Shown here: positions 9,939-19,471 of the stretch, one piece after another
How the letters are laid out: each line of letters opens with the position of its first letter
How positions within the stretch are numbered: position 1 is the first letter of the stretch
Source of the DNA: Candidatus Dormiibacterota bacterium
GTDB taxonomy: Bacteria; Chloroflexota; Dormibacteria; CF-121
Direction: 5' to 3'
DNA: 64,000 nt
NCBI GenBank assembly: GCA_036732165.1
Contig: DAINCX010000004.1
Location: forward strand, 4,017-68,016
Translations under genes and position numbers: made by a program
Notes under the pieces: model-generated
What the model saw: the letters and a program-made list of their open reading frames with translations, nothing else
What the model was told of the DNA's origin: nothing
The model's database searches: none

Positions 9939-11261
9939 CTAGAGCAGCTTGGCGGCCAACTCGGCCAGCTCGGAGCGCTGGCCTTTCGTCAGGGTCACGT
10001 GGCCGGCGAGGGGATTGTCCTTAAACTTTTCGATCGCATAGCAAAGACCGTTGCTGCGGAAATCCAGGTAGGGATGATCGATCTGGTTGGGATCGCCGGT
10101 GAGAACGATCTTCGTGCCTTCGCCCGCGCGCGACACGATGGTCTTGACCTCATGCGGGGTGAGGTTCTGGGCCTCGTCGACGATGATGAATTGCTGCGGG
10201 ATGCTGCGGCCGCGGATGTAGGTCAGGGCTTCGGCCTCGAAGATTCCTTTGTCCTGGATGTGGCGAATCATGTCCGCCGCCATCTGCTCCTTGTAGATGC
10301 AGCCCATCAGGTACTCGAGGTTGTCATAGATCGGCTGCATCCAGGGGCGGAGCTTCTCGTCTTTGTCGCCCGGCAGGTAGCCCACGTCCTTGCCCATCGG
10401 GATCACGGGCCGTGTGACGAGCAGCCGGCGGAAGCGATGCTGATCGAGGACCTTGCTCAGCCCCGCGGCCAGCGCCAGGAGCGTCTTCCCGGTCCCGGCC
10501 TGGCCGGTCATGGTGACGAACGGGACCCGGTCGTCCAGCAAAATATCGAACGCGAAGCGTTGGCCGAGGTTCTTCGGCTGAATGCCCCAGATCTCTTTCT
10601 TCATCGGCGCCAGGGCGACCACCTGCTGTGACTCGGCGTCGAACCGACCGAGCGCGCTCGACTTGGTGCCGTTCAGCGACTTGAAGTGAACGAACTGGTT
10701 GCAGTACAGCCGGCCATTGGACGGCTGGAACATGTTCGTCTTCGTGAAGCTCTCGATATCTTCCGGCGTGACCTGCAGCGTGGCCATCCCGTCATAGAGG
10801 TCCTCTTCCTTTTGGACCATCTTGTCGGTCTCGTAGTCCTGGACCTGCAGGTTCAGGGCATCGGCCTTGACCCGGACATTGATGTCCTTGCTGACGAGGA
10901 TGACCGGCGTGTCCTGGTGGTCCGCGCGCAGCTGGAGGGTCATGGCGATCACCTGGTTGTCCGCCTTGTGCGGGTCGAGGTCCTCGGGCAGATGGCCCAT
11001 GTTCTCTTTGGTCAGCTCAACACGGAGCGTGCCGCCGTGACGCAGCGCCACACCCTCCGACAGCTTGCCGGTGGCCCGAAGCTCGTCCAGATGATGGGCG
11101 ACCAGGCGCGCATGACGGCCGACCTCGTCCTGCCGCCGTTTCTGGCCATCGACCTCTTCGATCACGATCAGCGGGATGACGATCTCGTTGTCCTCGAACG
11201 AGAAGATCGCGTTCGGGTCATGCAGCAGGACGTTCGTGTCGAGGACGTAGATTTTTTTCAT
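9939..11261 (-). CDS. PhoH2: PIN-domain RNase fused to PhoH-like ATPase
   Basis: N-terminal PIN (KIYVLDTNVLLHDP...IPLIVIEEVD) and C-terminal PhoH P-loop (MTGQAGTGKTLLALAAG); 440 aa. Confidence 0.85.
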   Translation of the reverse strand: MKKIYVLDTNVLLHDPNAIFSFEDNEIVIPLIVIEEVDGQKRRQDEVGRHARLVAHHLDELRATGKLSEGVALRHGGTLRVELTKENMGHLPEDLDPHKADNQVIAMTLQLRADHQDTPVILVSKDINVRVKADALNLQVQDYETDKMVQKEEDLYDGMATLQVTPEDIESFTKTNMFQPSNGRLYCNQFVHFKSLNGTKSSALGRFDAESQQVVALAPMKKEIWGIQPKNLGQRFAFDILLDDRVPFVTMTGQAGTGKTLLALAAGLSKVLDQHRFRRLLVTRPVIPMGKDVGYLPGDKDEKLRPWMQPIYDNLEYLMGCIYKEQMAADMIRHIQDKGIFEAEALTYIRGRSIPQQFIIVDEAQNLTPHEVKTIVSRAGEGTKIVLTGDPNQIDHPYLDFRSNGLCYAIEKFKDNPLAGHVTLTKGQRSELAELAAKLL

Positions 11262-11920
11262 CCGTTGGCGCTCTGCGGGGCGGAGGCGGGGGTAGCGTAC
11301 TCCCCCTGGTACTTAAACGGCAGGAGTTGCGCAATCTTCGTCATCAGGAAGTCGGCGGTTTGCTGGTTGTCCATCTTGCTGCCGTCCCGGCTTCGCTCGG
11401 GCAGCTGGAACGGTTCGCCGAATACGAGAGACACGGTCGCGGGCCTCGGGATCCGCTGGTGGCTGCCGAGCACGTGCTCCGTGCCCGCGATGCCGAGCGC
11501 CACGAGCGTGGCCCCGGAATGGCGCGCAATGAAGCCGGCGCCCGGCTCGGCCCGGAGCAGGCGCGCGTCGTCCGAGCGGTGCCCCTCGGGAAAGAGGACC
11601 AGCGCCTTCCCCTCCCGCAACAACGCCAGGGCGCGGCGAAGAGCCGAGCGGTCGGCCGTGTGGCGGATCACGGGAAAGGCGTGGTAGGCCCGCATCAACC
11701 AGGCGAAGCGGCCCTTGAACAGCTCCGCCTTGGCCATGAACCAGACTGGCCGGGGCACCCAGCCCCCGATGATGGCCGGGTCAACCGCGCTCACGTGGTT
11801 GGAGACGATCAGGAGCGACCCGGTCGTAGGCAGGGTCGCCAGGCCGCGCACATGGAACTTCGGGCCGAGCAAGGCACGAGTGAGGAGCCGTGCAAGACGC
11901 GTCAGGAGGAAATAGCTCAA
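11258..11920 (-). CDS. plsC: 1-acyl-sn-glycerol-3-phosphate acyltransferase
   Basis: HX4D motif (SNHVSAVDP) and VLFPEG motif; 220 aa. Confidence 0.8.
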   Translation of the reverse strand: MSYFLLTRLARLLTRALLGPKFHVRGLATLPTTGSLLIVSNHVSAVDPAIIGGWVPRPVWFMAKAELFKGRFAWLMRAYHAFPVIRHTADRSALRRALALLREGKALVLFPEGHRSDDARLLRAEPGAGFIARHSGATLVALGIAGTEHVLGSHQRIPRPATVSLVFGEPFQLPERSRDGSKMDNQQTADFLMTKIAQLLPFKYQGEYATPASAPQSANG

Positions 11921-11925
11921 AGCGA

Positions 11926-12588
11926 TCAGTGCTTTGGCAACTGGCGCATCACTTCGTCGAAGACTTGACGCACCGACTTGCCTTCAGTGGCGACGATTAT
12001 AGCATCGGGTGCCGCCCGCAGCGGCGCGGTTTCGCGTTCGCGATCGGCCCGGTCCCGGGCATCGATTTCCTGCTCAAGGACGGCATCGGGCGTGGCACTT
12101 CCCCGGGCCACGTCCAGCTCCCGCCGGCGCCGTGCGACCCGCTCGGCGACCGGTGCCGTGAAGAAGAACTTCGCATCGGCCCCGGGGAAGATCACGGTCC
12201 CAATGTCCCGGCCCAGCACCACGGCGTTCGCATGCCCGGTTCGCCGTTGCGGCTCGACCAGCAGACGCCGGATCTCGGCGAGTTGCGAGATGCTGGCGAG
12301 ATCTGGCGCGATCGACGGGTCGGTGGCGTCGCGACTGATATCTCGGCCGTCCACCGTAACCTGCGGCCGCCCCGATTCGGGATCGGTGTTGACATCGATT
12401 TGGAGCCCCCTCGCCATCGCGACCAGGGCCGGCACGTCGGCCGCCGAAATCCCCCGTCCGCGCGCCTCGACGGCGACGGCCCGGTAGAAGAGTCCGGTAT
12501 CGACGAGCGCGAACCCGAGCGCCTGGGCCAGCATGCGGCCAATCGTGGTTTTTCCCGAGCCGGCGGGTCCATCGATGGCGATGATCAC
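11926..12588 (-). CDS. cmk: cytidylate kinase
   Basis: MIIAIDGPAGSGKTTIG...DTGLFYRAV; 220 aa. Confidence 0.9.
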   Translation of the reverse strand: MIIAIDGPAGSGKTTIGRMLAQALGFALVDTGLFYRAVAVEARGRGISAADVPALVAMARGLQIDVNTDPESGRPQVTVDGRDISRDATDPSIAPDLASISQLAEIRRLLVEPQRRTGHANAVVLGRDIGTVIFPGADAKFFFTAPVAERVARRRRELDVARGSATPDAVLEQEIDARDRADRERETAPLRAAPDAIIVATEGKSVRQVFDEVMRQLPKH

Positions 12589-13268
12589 GGCAGCCCGGCG
12601 GCCGCACGCAGGCGATCGACCTCTTCCGACTGGAGCGGCCGCGAGGCCCCTTCCGCGAGATCCCCGAGGCGCAACCCATCCATCCGCACGCGTTGCAGAT
12701 CGAGGACCCGGTGCCCAAGCGCTTGCCAGAGTCGCCGGATCTCGCGCTTGCGCCCTTCGCGGAGGGTCATTTCGACGCGGGACTCAGCAGGCCCCGGCGT
12801 CAGCACCCGCACGTCCACCGGCGCGAACTCTTCGCCCTTGATGACCATCCCCCGACGCAGCCGGTTGAGCGCCTCCGCCTCCGGCTGCCCGGAGATGACG
12901 ACGACATACTCCTTCTCGACATGGTAGCGCGGGTGCATCAGCCGGGCTGCGAGCTCGCCGTCATCGGTCAACAGGATGAGTCCCCGACTGTCGAGATCGA
13001 GCCGCCCAACCGGAAACACGCGACCCGTCCCGGGCGGAAGTCGGTCCACGACGCTCACGCGCCCGCGCGCATCCCCCACGCTGGTCAGGACGCCGCGGGG
13101 CTTGTTCAGCAGCAGGTAGGTCCACCCCGCGAGGGGCAGGACGGGCTGCCCGCCAACCACGACCTCGTCGACACCGGCCTGGACATCCTGTCCGGGGGAC
13201 GCCGGCAGTCCGTTGACCGTCACCTGGCCGGCGGCGATCAGCTGATCGGCCTTGCGTCGCGCGGCCAC
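12585..13268 (-). CDS. rluB: RsuA/RluB-family rRNA pseudouridine synthase (S4 domain)
   Basis: S4 domain (KADQLIAAGQVTVNG), catalytic GRLDLDSRGLILLTDDG motif; 227 aa. Confidence 0.8.
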   Translation of the reverse strand: MAARRKADQLIAAGQVTVNGLPASPGQDVQAGVDEVVVGGQPVLPLAGWTYLLLNKPRGVLTSVGDARGRVSVVDRLPPGTGRVFPVGRLDLDSRGLILLTDDGELAARLMHPRYHVEKEYVVVISGQPEAEALNRLRRGMVIKGEEFAPVDVRVLTPGPAESRVEMTLREGRKREIRRLWQALGHRVLDLQRVRMDGLRLGDLAEGASRPLQSEEVDRLRAAAGLP

Positions 13269-13279
13269 GCCGGCGCGTG

Positions 13280-13834
13280 CTAGGAACTGGTTGAGCCGGA
13301 TTGCGGTAGTGGAGGCAGTTCGTCGAGGCTGCTGACCCCGAGGATCTGGAGAAACTTCATGGTGGTCCCGAAGAGGCGGGGCGTCCCCGGTGCCTCCAGC
13401 CGGCCGGTCTCGGTGATCAAGCCTTTCTCCTCGAGGCTTTCCAGCACCGCTTCGCAGTTGACCCCACGGACCTCTTCGATCCGCGCCCGCGTGAGCGGTT
13501 GGCGATAGGCCACGATCGCCAGGGTCTCGTAGGCGGCGGGCGACAACCTCGACGGATACTCGGGTCGGAGGACACGCCGGACGACATCGGCCTGGGCCGG
13601 GTCGGTAACGAGCTGCAGCTGGTCCTGGTGCCGCTGGAGGAACAGGCCCCGCCCCGCCAGCCCGGCCCTCAACGCGGTGGCCGCAAGCTCCACCGTCGGC
13701 AGCGGTGAGTCGAGGATCTCCTGCAGCTCCAGGAGCGTGACCGGCCGGTTGAGCGTGAAGAGGACCGCTTCCAGGGCGGCGGCGAGCGCCAGGTCGTCGC
13801 GAACCTCGGTGACCGCCTCAGTCGTGATGCTCAT
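13280..13834 (-). CDS. scpB: segregation and condensation protein B
   Basis: LEAVLFTLNRPVTLLEL winged-helix ScpB signature; 184 aa; adjacent to scpA. Confidence 0.85.
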   Translation of the reverse strand: MSITTEAVTEVRDDLALAAALEAVLFTLNRPVTLLELQEILDSPLPTVELAATALRAGLAGRGLFLQRHQDQLQLVTDPAQADVVRRVLRPEYPSRLSPAAYETLAIVAYRQPLTRARIEEVRGVNCEAVLESLEEKGLITETGRLEAPGTPRLFGTTMKFLQILGVSSLDELPPLPQSGSTSS

Positions 13835-14577
13835 GCGTCAGCTTTCCTCCCATGTGACCGAACCTGGATCTCCGTCAACGCGGACGACTGGACCACGCTA
13901 ACCTCCCCGATTCTAATCAGCTCCAGCAAGGCGAGGAAGGTCACGACGGCTTCGAGCCGAGTTCGACTGCGGCTGAAAACGGCGCTGAAGTTCATCTCGG
14001 GATGTCCACTCAGCATGACCCGCAGCTGCTCCAGCTTTTCGCCCAGCGAGACGTGCTCCATCTCGAAGGTGAGCTGATCCGGCGGGGGAAGACGGTCGAG
14101 CACGTGCTGGAAGGCCGTCGCCAGCGCGTCCAGGCTGACCTGCACCCGCGCCTGCGGGATCACCTCCGGCTCGAGGAGACCGGCGAAGGTAAATCGGCCA
14201 CTCGCATGGCGATGCATCAGGGATTCCGCCAGTTCCTTGAAACGCTTGTACTCGTCGAGCCGGCCCTTGATCGCGTCCTCCCAGGCCTGCAGGTCTTCCT
14301 CTTCGGCGACCTCGACCTGCGGCATCAACGCCGCGGCCTTCAGCTGGACGAGCCGCGCCCCGATGACCAGGAACGCCGCCAGGTGGTCGAGCGACGGCCG
14401 GCGCTGGTCGACCTCGCGCAGGTAATCATCCGTCAGCGTCGCCAGCGCGATCGCCTTGAGGTCCAATTCCGAGCGCTGGGCCAGCGTCAGGAGGAGCTCG
14501 ATCGGCCCGTCAAAGGCGGGCGTGCGGACCAGGTAGATCGGCTCGCGCTCCACCTCGGGAAGGGCGCGCTCCATCAA
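13831..14577 (-). CDS. scpA: segregation and condensation protein A
   Basis: FDGPIELLLTLAQRSELDLKAIALATLTDDYL ScpA signature; 248 aa. Confidence 0.85.
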   Translation of the reverse strand: MMERALPEVEREPIYLVRTPAFDGPIELLLTLAQRSELDLKAIALATLTDDYLREVDQRRPSLDHLAAFLVIGARLVQLKAAALMPQVEVAEEEDLQAWEDAIKGRLDEYKRFKELAESLMHRHASGRFTFAGLLEPEVIPQARVQVSLDALATAFQHVLDRLPPPDQLTFEMEHVSLGEKLEQLRVMLSGHPEMNFSAVFSRSRTRLEAVVTFLALLELIRIGEVSVVQSSALTEIQVRSHGRKADA

Positions 14578-15077
14578 TTCGCCCCGTCTGCCCGTTGCAA
14601 TTGGCGGGTGAGCTCGAGGGAGGGCTGCGGGGCGTGGTGTTCGGCGACGACGGCCGCGAGGTCGATGGCGCCGGCGGCCCGCAATCGGTCGGCCCCGATC
14701 CGAGCATGGTTGGCGTAGGTGGCGTAGCGGCTGGCGAAGGTGGGGCGAGCGCGCAGCGCCAGATCGAGGAGGCGCGGCGAGATACCCCGAAGCAGCACCG
14801 CGAGGCTGCGTTCCACCACCGATAGGTGGGCCCCCACCTTCCCGATGTCGTGGAGCAGCGCGGCCTGCTGCAGGATGACCGGGGGTTGCGATTCCATGCC
14901 CCGAACCGAGTCGAGCACGTCCAGGCCATGCCGCTGGTCATTCACCGGGAGATCGGCAAAAAGGCTCGCCAGGCCAGGCCCGAGGAGCTCGCGGACGGCG
15001 TTGAGCTCCGCGGCCGTCACGCGGGCGGAGGTATGGCGCCAGAACTGGGTCAGGCGGTGCCTCGCCGATCCGGTCAT
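14574..15077 (-). CDS. HD-domain (HDIG) phosphohydrolase, function unknown
   Basis: LLHDIGK motif with His/Asp ligands; 167 aa; 4-nt overlaps with recN and scpA. Confidence 0.55.
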   Translation of the reverse strand: MTGSARHRLTQFWRHTSARVTAAELNAVRELLGPGLASLFADLPVNDQRHGLDVLDSVRGMESQPPVILQQAALLHDIGKVGAHLSVVERSLAVLLRGISPRLLDLALRARPTFASRYATYANHARIGADRLRAAGAIDLAAVVAEHHAPQPSLELTRQLQRADGAN

Positions 15078-16774
15078 CCGCGGGCCAGCAGCTCCCGCGC
15101 GCTGGCGCGGGCTGCGGGGGTGACACGCTCCCCGGCGATCAGCCGCGCGATCTCGTCCACTCGCTCCGCCGGGAGGAGGACCCGGATGCCCGTCAGGTGA
15201 CGGCCGCGCTGCAGCGCCTTGGCCACCGCGAGATGATGATCGGCCCTGGCCGCGATCGCCGCGAGATGGGTAACACAGATCACCTGTTTCCCGCGGCTCA
15301 ACACATGCATCTTTTCGGCCAGCCGGTTGGCCGTCTCACCGCCGATCCCGGTATCGATCTCATCGAGGATCAGGGTCGGCGTGTCATCGGCGTCCGCCAG
15401 GACAGCCTTGATGGCGAGCATGACGCGTGACAGTTCGCCCCCCGAGGCCGCCCGGTCAAGCGGGAGGAGTGGCTCGCCGGGGTTGGCGGCCAGGAGGAAC
15501 AACACCTGGTCGACCCCGGTGGCGGTAGAGCGAACATGGCGGCCGTCGACCGACGGACCCGACCCGTCCGCTTGCCGGGTGATTTGGACGTTGAAGCGAA
15601 CGCGGGGCATGTTGAGCGTCGCCAATTCCCGCTCGATGATCCGTTGCAGCCGGTTGGCGGTCTTCAGGCGATGGCGACTCAGGGCGGTCGCGGCGTCGCC
15701 GAGGTCGCTGGTGGTCTCGGCGTCCTCGGCGCGCAGGGCGGCGAGGCGATCATCGCGATGGGCAACCGTGTCGAGCCGTTGTCGAAGCCGCGCCGCTTCC
15801 TCGAGCGTGGCCGCCAGCGAGCCCCCGTACTTCGCCTTCAGCCGGTCCAGCTGATGGAGACGGGTTTCGATCGCCTCCAGACGGGCGGGCTCGACCTGCC
15901 ACCGATCGGCGTAGGTGCGGGCCGTGGCACTGATCTCCCGGAGCTGGAGTAGAAGATCGCCCATCGTGGCCGCCATCTGGTCGAGGTCGGGATCGATCCC
16001 CTCGAGACCGCGAAACCGGTCCGCGGCCACGGACAGCGCCTGGACGGCGGAGCCCTCATCGGCATCCAGCGCGTGCACCCCCTCCACGGCCCGGGCGAGG
16101 CGCTCGGCATGCTGCGCCCGGCGCCGCTCCTGCAGCAGCGATTCCTCCTCGGCCGGATCGGGCCGAATCGCCTCGATCTCGTCGAGCTGAAAGCGCCAGA
16201 AATCGAGCTCACGCTGGTCCGCCTGGACCGCCGCCTCGGTGTCGCGCAGGGCGGCCCGGGCTCGAGACCAGCGCGCGTAGGCGGCGCCCACCTGATCGCG
16301 GAGGGCACGCAGCCCGGCGCCCCCGAAGGCATCGAGCAGGTCGAGCTGTCGGGCCGGTTGCAACACGGACTGATGCTCGTGCTGGCCGTGCATCTCGACC
16401 AGCCGGTCCGCAATCGCCTTGAGCTGCGCCACGGTTGACACCCGTCCGTTGATGCGGCACAGGCTGCGCCCATTCCGGCTCAGCTCGCGGGTCAGGACGA
16501 GCATGCCGTCGCCGCACTCGTACCCGGCCTCCTCCAGCGCCTGGCGCACGGCCGGCCGGGCGCCGAGGTCGAAGGCCGCCTCCAAAAACGCCTGCTCCGA
16601 GCCCTCGCGAATCATGTCCGAGCTGGCCCGCTCGCCCAGCACCAGGTTCATGGCGTCGATGATGATCGACTTTCCCGACCCGGTTTCGCCGGTCAGGAGG
16701 TTCAGCCCGGGCTTGAACGGCACCCTGAGCTCATCGATCAGGGCGAGGTTCCGCACGGTCAGCTCCAGGATCAC
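15074..16774 (-). CDS. recN: DNA repair protein RecN
   Basis: MILELTVRNLALIDEL...LLTGETGSGKSIIIDA Walker A, long coiled coil, C-terminal LSGGE signature; 566 aa. Confidence 0.9.
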   Translation of the reverse strand: MILELTVRNLALIDELRVPFKPGLNLLTGETGSGKSIIIDAMNLVLGERASSDMIREGSEQAFLEAAFDLGARPAVRQALEEAGYECGDGMLVLTRELSRNGRSLCRINGRVSTVAQLKAIADRLVEMHGQHEHQSVLQPARQLDLLDAFGGAGLRALRDQVGAAYARWSRARAALRDTEAAVQADQRELDFWRFQLDEIEAIRPDPAEEESLLQERRRAQHAERLARAVEGVHALDADEGSAVQALSVAADRFRGLEGIDPDLDQMAATMGDLLLQLREISATARTYADRWQVEPARLEAIETRLHQLDRLKAKYGGSLAATLEEAARLRQRLDTVAHRDDRLAALRAEDAETTSDLGDAATALSRHRLKTANRLQRIIERELATLNMPRVRFNVQITRQADGSGPSVDGRHVRSTATGVDQVLFLLAANPGEPLLPLDRAASGGELSRVMLAIKAVLADADDTPTLILDEIDTGIGGETANRLAEKMHVLSRGKQVICVTHLAAIAARADHHLAVAKALQRGRHLTGIRVLLPAERVDEIARLIAGERVTPAARASARELLARG

Positions 16775-17613
16775 GGGCTGCCGTCCGTGAGCGGGAGACC
16801 CCAGCGGATCTTCTGGCGCAGGAGCGTGAAGAAGTTCTGGTCGCCGCGGAATCGGACCAGGTCGACGCCGCCAGGGGAGAAGATCTCGACCTGGGCGCCG
16901 GGTGCCAGGGTGGCGGTGCGCTGCCCATCACAGGTCAGCAGCCCGGAGGCATCTGGGAGCCGGACCGTAATGTGCGACTGTTCGGGGATAACCACGGCGC
17001 GGTTGAAGAGGCTATGCGGATTCAGGGGCAGGTAGGTGAGGGCGCGCACGTCGGGGTGCAGGATGGGCCCGCCCAGGGAGAGCGCGTAGCCGGTGGAACC
17101 CGTCGCCGTGGAGACGATGGCCCCGTCCGCATCAAAGCGGCCCGCATCCTCGCCGTCGACGGAAACCTCAATCCGGATGAGGTTGAACTCGATGCCCTTG
17201 TGCACCACGATGTCATTGAGCGCGACGTAGGTGCGGTCGCTGAAGCGCGCCTCGAGCATGGCTCGTCGCTGCAGGATGAAGTCGCCGGCGACCCACCGAT
17301 CGAGCGCCGGTCCCGCGTCCGCCAGGCGGACCTCGGTCAGGAAGCCCAGCCGGCCGGCGTTGACGCCCAGCACGGGAATGGCCGCGGCCGACGCCTGCTC
17401 CGCTGTCCAGAGCAGGGTGCCGTCGCCCCCGATGCTGACGATCAAGCGGGTGCCCTCGAGGTTGGCGTCCAGCGCGCCCGGCCGCTCCTCCGCCGTCGAG
17501 CAGTAAGTCCAGACCCGGAAGCCGTGCCGCTCCAGGCGGGCACGGGCCTCCATCACCGGCTCCTGGCCGATATCGATCCGCGGGTGACAGACGATCCCGA
17601 CCGCGTCAGTCAC
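16771..17613 (-). CDS. nadK: NAD+ kinase
   Basis: GGDGTLL and NDIVV motifs; 280 aa. Confidence 0.85.
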   Translation of the reverse strand: MTDAVGIVCHPRIDIGQEPVMEARARLERHGFRVWTYCSTAEERPGALDANLEGTRLIVSIGGDGTLLWTAEQASAAAIPVLGVNAGRLGFLTEVRLADAGPALDRWVAGDFILQRRAMLEARFSDRTYVALNDIVVHKGIEFNLIRIEVSVDGEDAGRFDADGAIVSTATGSTGYALSLGGPILHPDVRALTYLPLNPHSLFNRAVVIPEQSHITVRLPDASGLLTCDGQRTATLAPGAQVEIFSPGGVDLVRFRGDQNFFTLLRQKIRWGLPLTDGSP

Positions 17614-18343
17614 GGAGCCTCAAGTGCAGGAAAAACTCGCGGTTCCCCTTGGTGCCGAGGATTGGCGACGGGGTCTCCGCCACGACCTCATACCCCGCCC
17701 CGACCGCAAAATCGCGAAGCGCGCGCAGCACAGCCTGATGCTGATCCGCGTCGCGCACGATCCCTCCCTTCCCCACGGCTCCCTTTCCCACCTCGAATTG
17801 TGGCTTGACGAGCGCGATGACGTCGGCCGGCGTGCTCAGCAGTTTACGGACCGGTGGCAGGACGTGCCGGAGGGAGATGAAGGAGACATCGATCACCGCC
17901 AGGTCGGCCGCGGCCGGCAATCGCTCCAGGTAGCGGATGTTCACCCGCTCGAGGACGGTCACCCGGGGATCCTGGCGCAGGGCCCAGGCGAGCTGGCCGT
18001 AGCCGACATCGACCGCGATCACGGACGCCGCCCCGCGGCGGAGCAGCACATCGGTAAAGCCCCCGGTCGAGGCGCCCACATCGAGGCCGGCTCGACCGGC
18101 GACGGGGAGCGCGAAGGTGTCAAGGGCGGCGGCCAGCTTCTCCCCGCCTCGACTGACGTAGCTGGTCGAGTCGCGCAACGCCAGCCCGATGGCCGGGTCC
18201 ACCAGTCGATCCGGGCGGTCGGCAGTCTGCCCATCGACGATGACGAGCCCGGCACGAACCATCGCCTGGGCCCGTTCCCGCGAGGACACGAGCCCTTGCC
18301 CGACGAGGGCCTGGTCGAGGCGGATCCGTTCGGCCTTGATCAA
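17606..18343 (-). CDS. tlyA: TlyA-family rRNA (cytidine-2'-O)-methyltransferase (S4 + FtsJ-like)
   Basis: N-terminal S4 (IRLDQALVGQGLVSSRERAQAMVRAGLVIVDG), SAM-binding DVGASTGGFTD; 245 aa. Confidence 0.8.
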   Translation of the reverse strand: MIKAERIRLDQALVGQGLVSSRERAQAMVRAGLVIVDGQTADRPDRLVDPAIGLALRDSTSYVSRGGEKLAAALDTFALPVAGRAGLDVGASTGGFTDVLLRRGAASVIAVDVGYGQLAWALRQDPRVTVLERVNIRYLERLPAAADLAVIDVSFISLRHVLPPVRKLLSTPADVIALVKPQFEVGKGAVGKGGIVRDADQHQAVLRALRDFAVGAGYEVVAETPSPILGTKGNREFFLHLRLRD

Positions 18344-18861
18344 CGTCCCAAACCCAGGCCGATGACGATCCCCAGCAGCGCGCCCGCGATCACCTCGATG
18401 GGCGTGTGACCGAGCAGCTCCCGTAGCCGTTCCTGCTGCAGGCCCTGGTGCGCGATAAAGAGGTCGTCGATCAGCCGGTTGAGGATCATCGCCTGTTGCC
18501 CGGCGGCGCGGCGCACGCCGGTGGCGTCATACATCACCACGGCGGACAGGATCAGCGCCAGCGCGAAGAGCGGCGTCTGGACCCCCTGGAGCCGGCCGAT
18601 GATGGTGGTCAAGGAGACGACCAGGGCGCTGTGGGAGCTTGGCATTCCGCCGGCCGTGGCCAGGCGCCGCACGCTGAACCGGTGCGTGAGCACCGAATCC
18701 CAGATCACCTTGCTCGCCTGGGCGATCGCCCAGGCGATCAGGGGGACGACGAAGTACGGGTTGCTGAGCAGGGTCACGAAGCCGGCGCTCGCGCCGCTCG
18801 CTCGGTCGCCGGGGACAGCTCGGTGAGGCGTCGCTCGGCGTCGTTGAGCAGCTGGCTGCAA
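18340..18861 (-). CDS. divergent PAP2-family membrane protein (YuiD-like)
   Basis: Hydrophobic 4-TM protein with a MYDATGVRRAAGQQAMILNRL-type motif. The 5' 88 nt overlap xseB, so the true start is probably internal (about 18770). Confidence 0.55.
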   Translation of the reverse strand: MQPAAQRRRATPHRAVPGDRASGASAGFVTLLSNPYFVVPLIAWAIAQASKVIWDSVLTHRFSVRRLATAGGMPSSHSALVVSLTTIIGRLQGVQTPLFALALILSAVVMYDATGVRRAAGQQAMILNRLIDDLFIAHQGLQQERLRELLGHTPIEVIAGALLGIVIGLGLGR

Positions 18862-19004
18862 CGCCGGGCGAGGGCCAGTCCACGCTCGTAGACGCGGACG
18901 GACTCAGCCAGGTCCTCCTGCTCCTTCCCAAGCTGCTGCACGGTTCGTTCGAGCTCGGCCAGCGCCGACTCATAATCGAGCGTGCGGACGTCGGCCTCTG
19001 TCAC
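18774..19004 (-). CDS. xseB: exodeoxyribonuclease VII small subunit
   Basis: 76-aa helical protein, LDYESALAELERTVQQL...LALARRCSQLL signature; overlaps the nusB stop by 4 nt. Confidence 0.8.
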   Translation of the reverse strand: MTEADVRTLDYESALAELERTVQQLGKEQEDLAESVRVYERGLALARRCSQLLNDAERRLTELSPATERAARAPAS

Positions 19005-19453
19005 GAGGTCGCCCCGCCGGTCGGGGCCTGGTCGGCTGCCGCGCGGCGGGCCGGCGTCTCGGCCGCGATTCGCCCCAGGATGCCGTTGACGAACTTGCCC
19101 GAGTCCGGCCCGCCAAAGGTCTTGGCCAGCTCGATCGACTCATTGATGGCGGCCTTGAGCGGCACGCTCGGGAGGAACTCGATCTCGAAGGTCGCGATCC
19201 GGAGCAGCGTCCGCTCGACCTTGGCCATCTGGTCCAGCCCCCAGTTCCTCGACGCCTGGGCCAGCCGGGCATCGATTTCGGGCTGGTGCTCCATGACGCC
19301 GGCGACTAGCACCCCAGCGAACTCAGCCACGTTGGCGTCGGCGCGTGCTTCCGCCGCGTGGTACTGCAGCGACCGGGTGGGATCGCTCCCCTCGGTTTCG
19401 AGCTCGAACAGCACCTTGAGCGCGAGCTCCCGGGCCAGGTGGCGCCGTCCCAT
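19001..19453 (-). CDS. nusB: transcription antitermination factor NusB
   Basis: MGRRHLARELALKVLFELE...; 150 aa. Confidence 0.85.
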   Translation of the reverse strand: MGRRHLARELALKVLFELETEGSDPTRSLQYHAAEARADANVAEFAGVLVAGVMEHQPEIDARLAQASRNWGLDQMAKVERTLLRIATFEIEFLPSVPLKAAINESIELAKTFGGPDSGKFVNGILGRIAAETPARRAAADQAPTGGATS

Positions 19454-19471
19454 GCTCAGAAGACTACGCGA

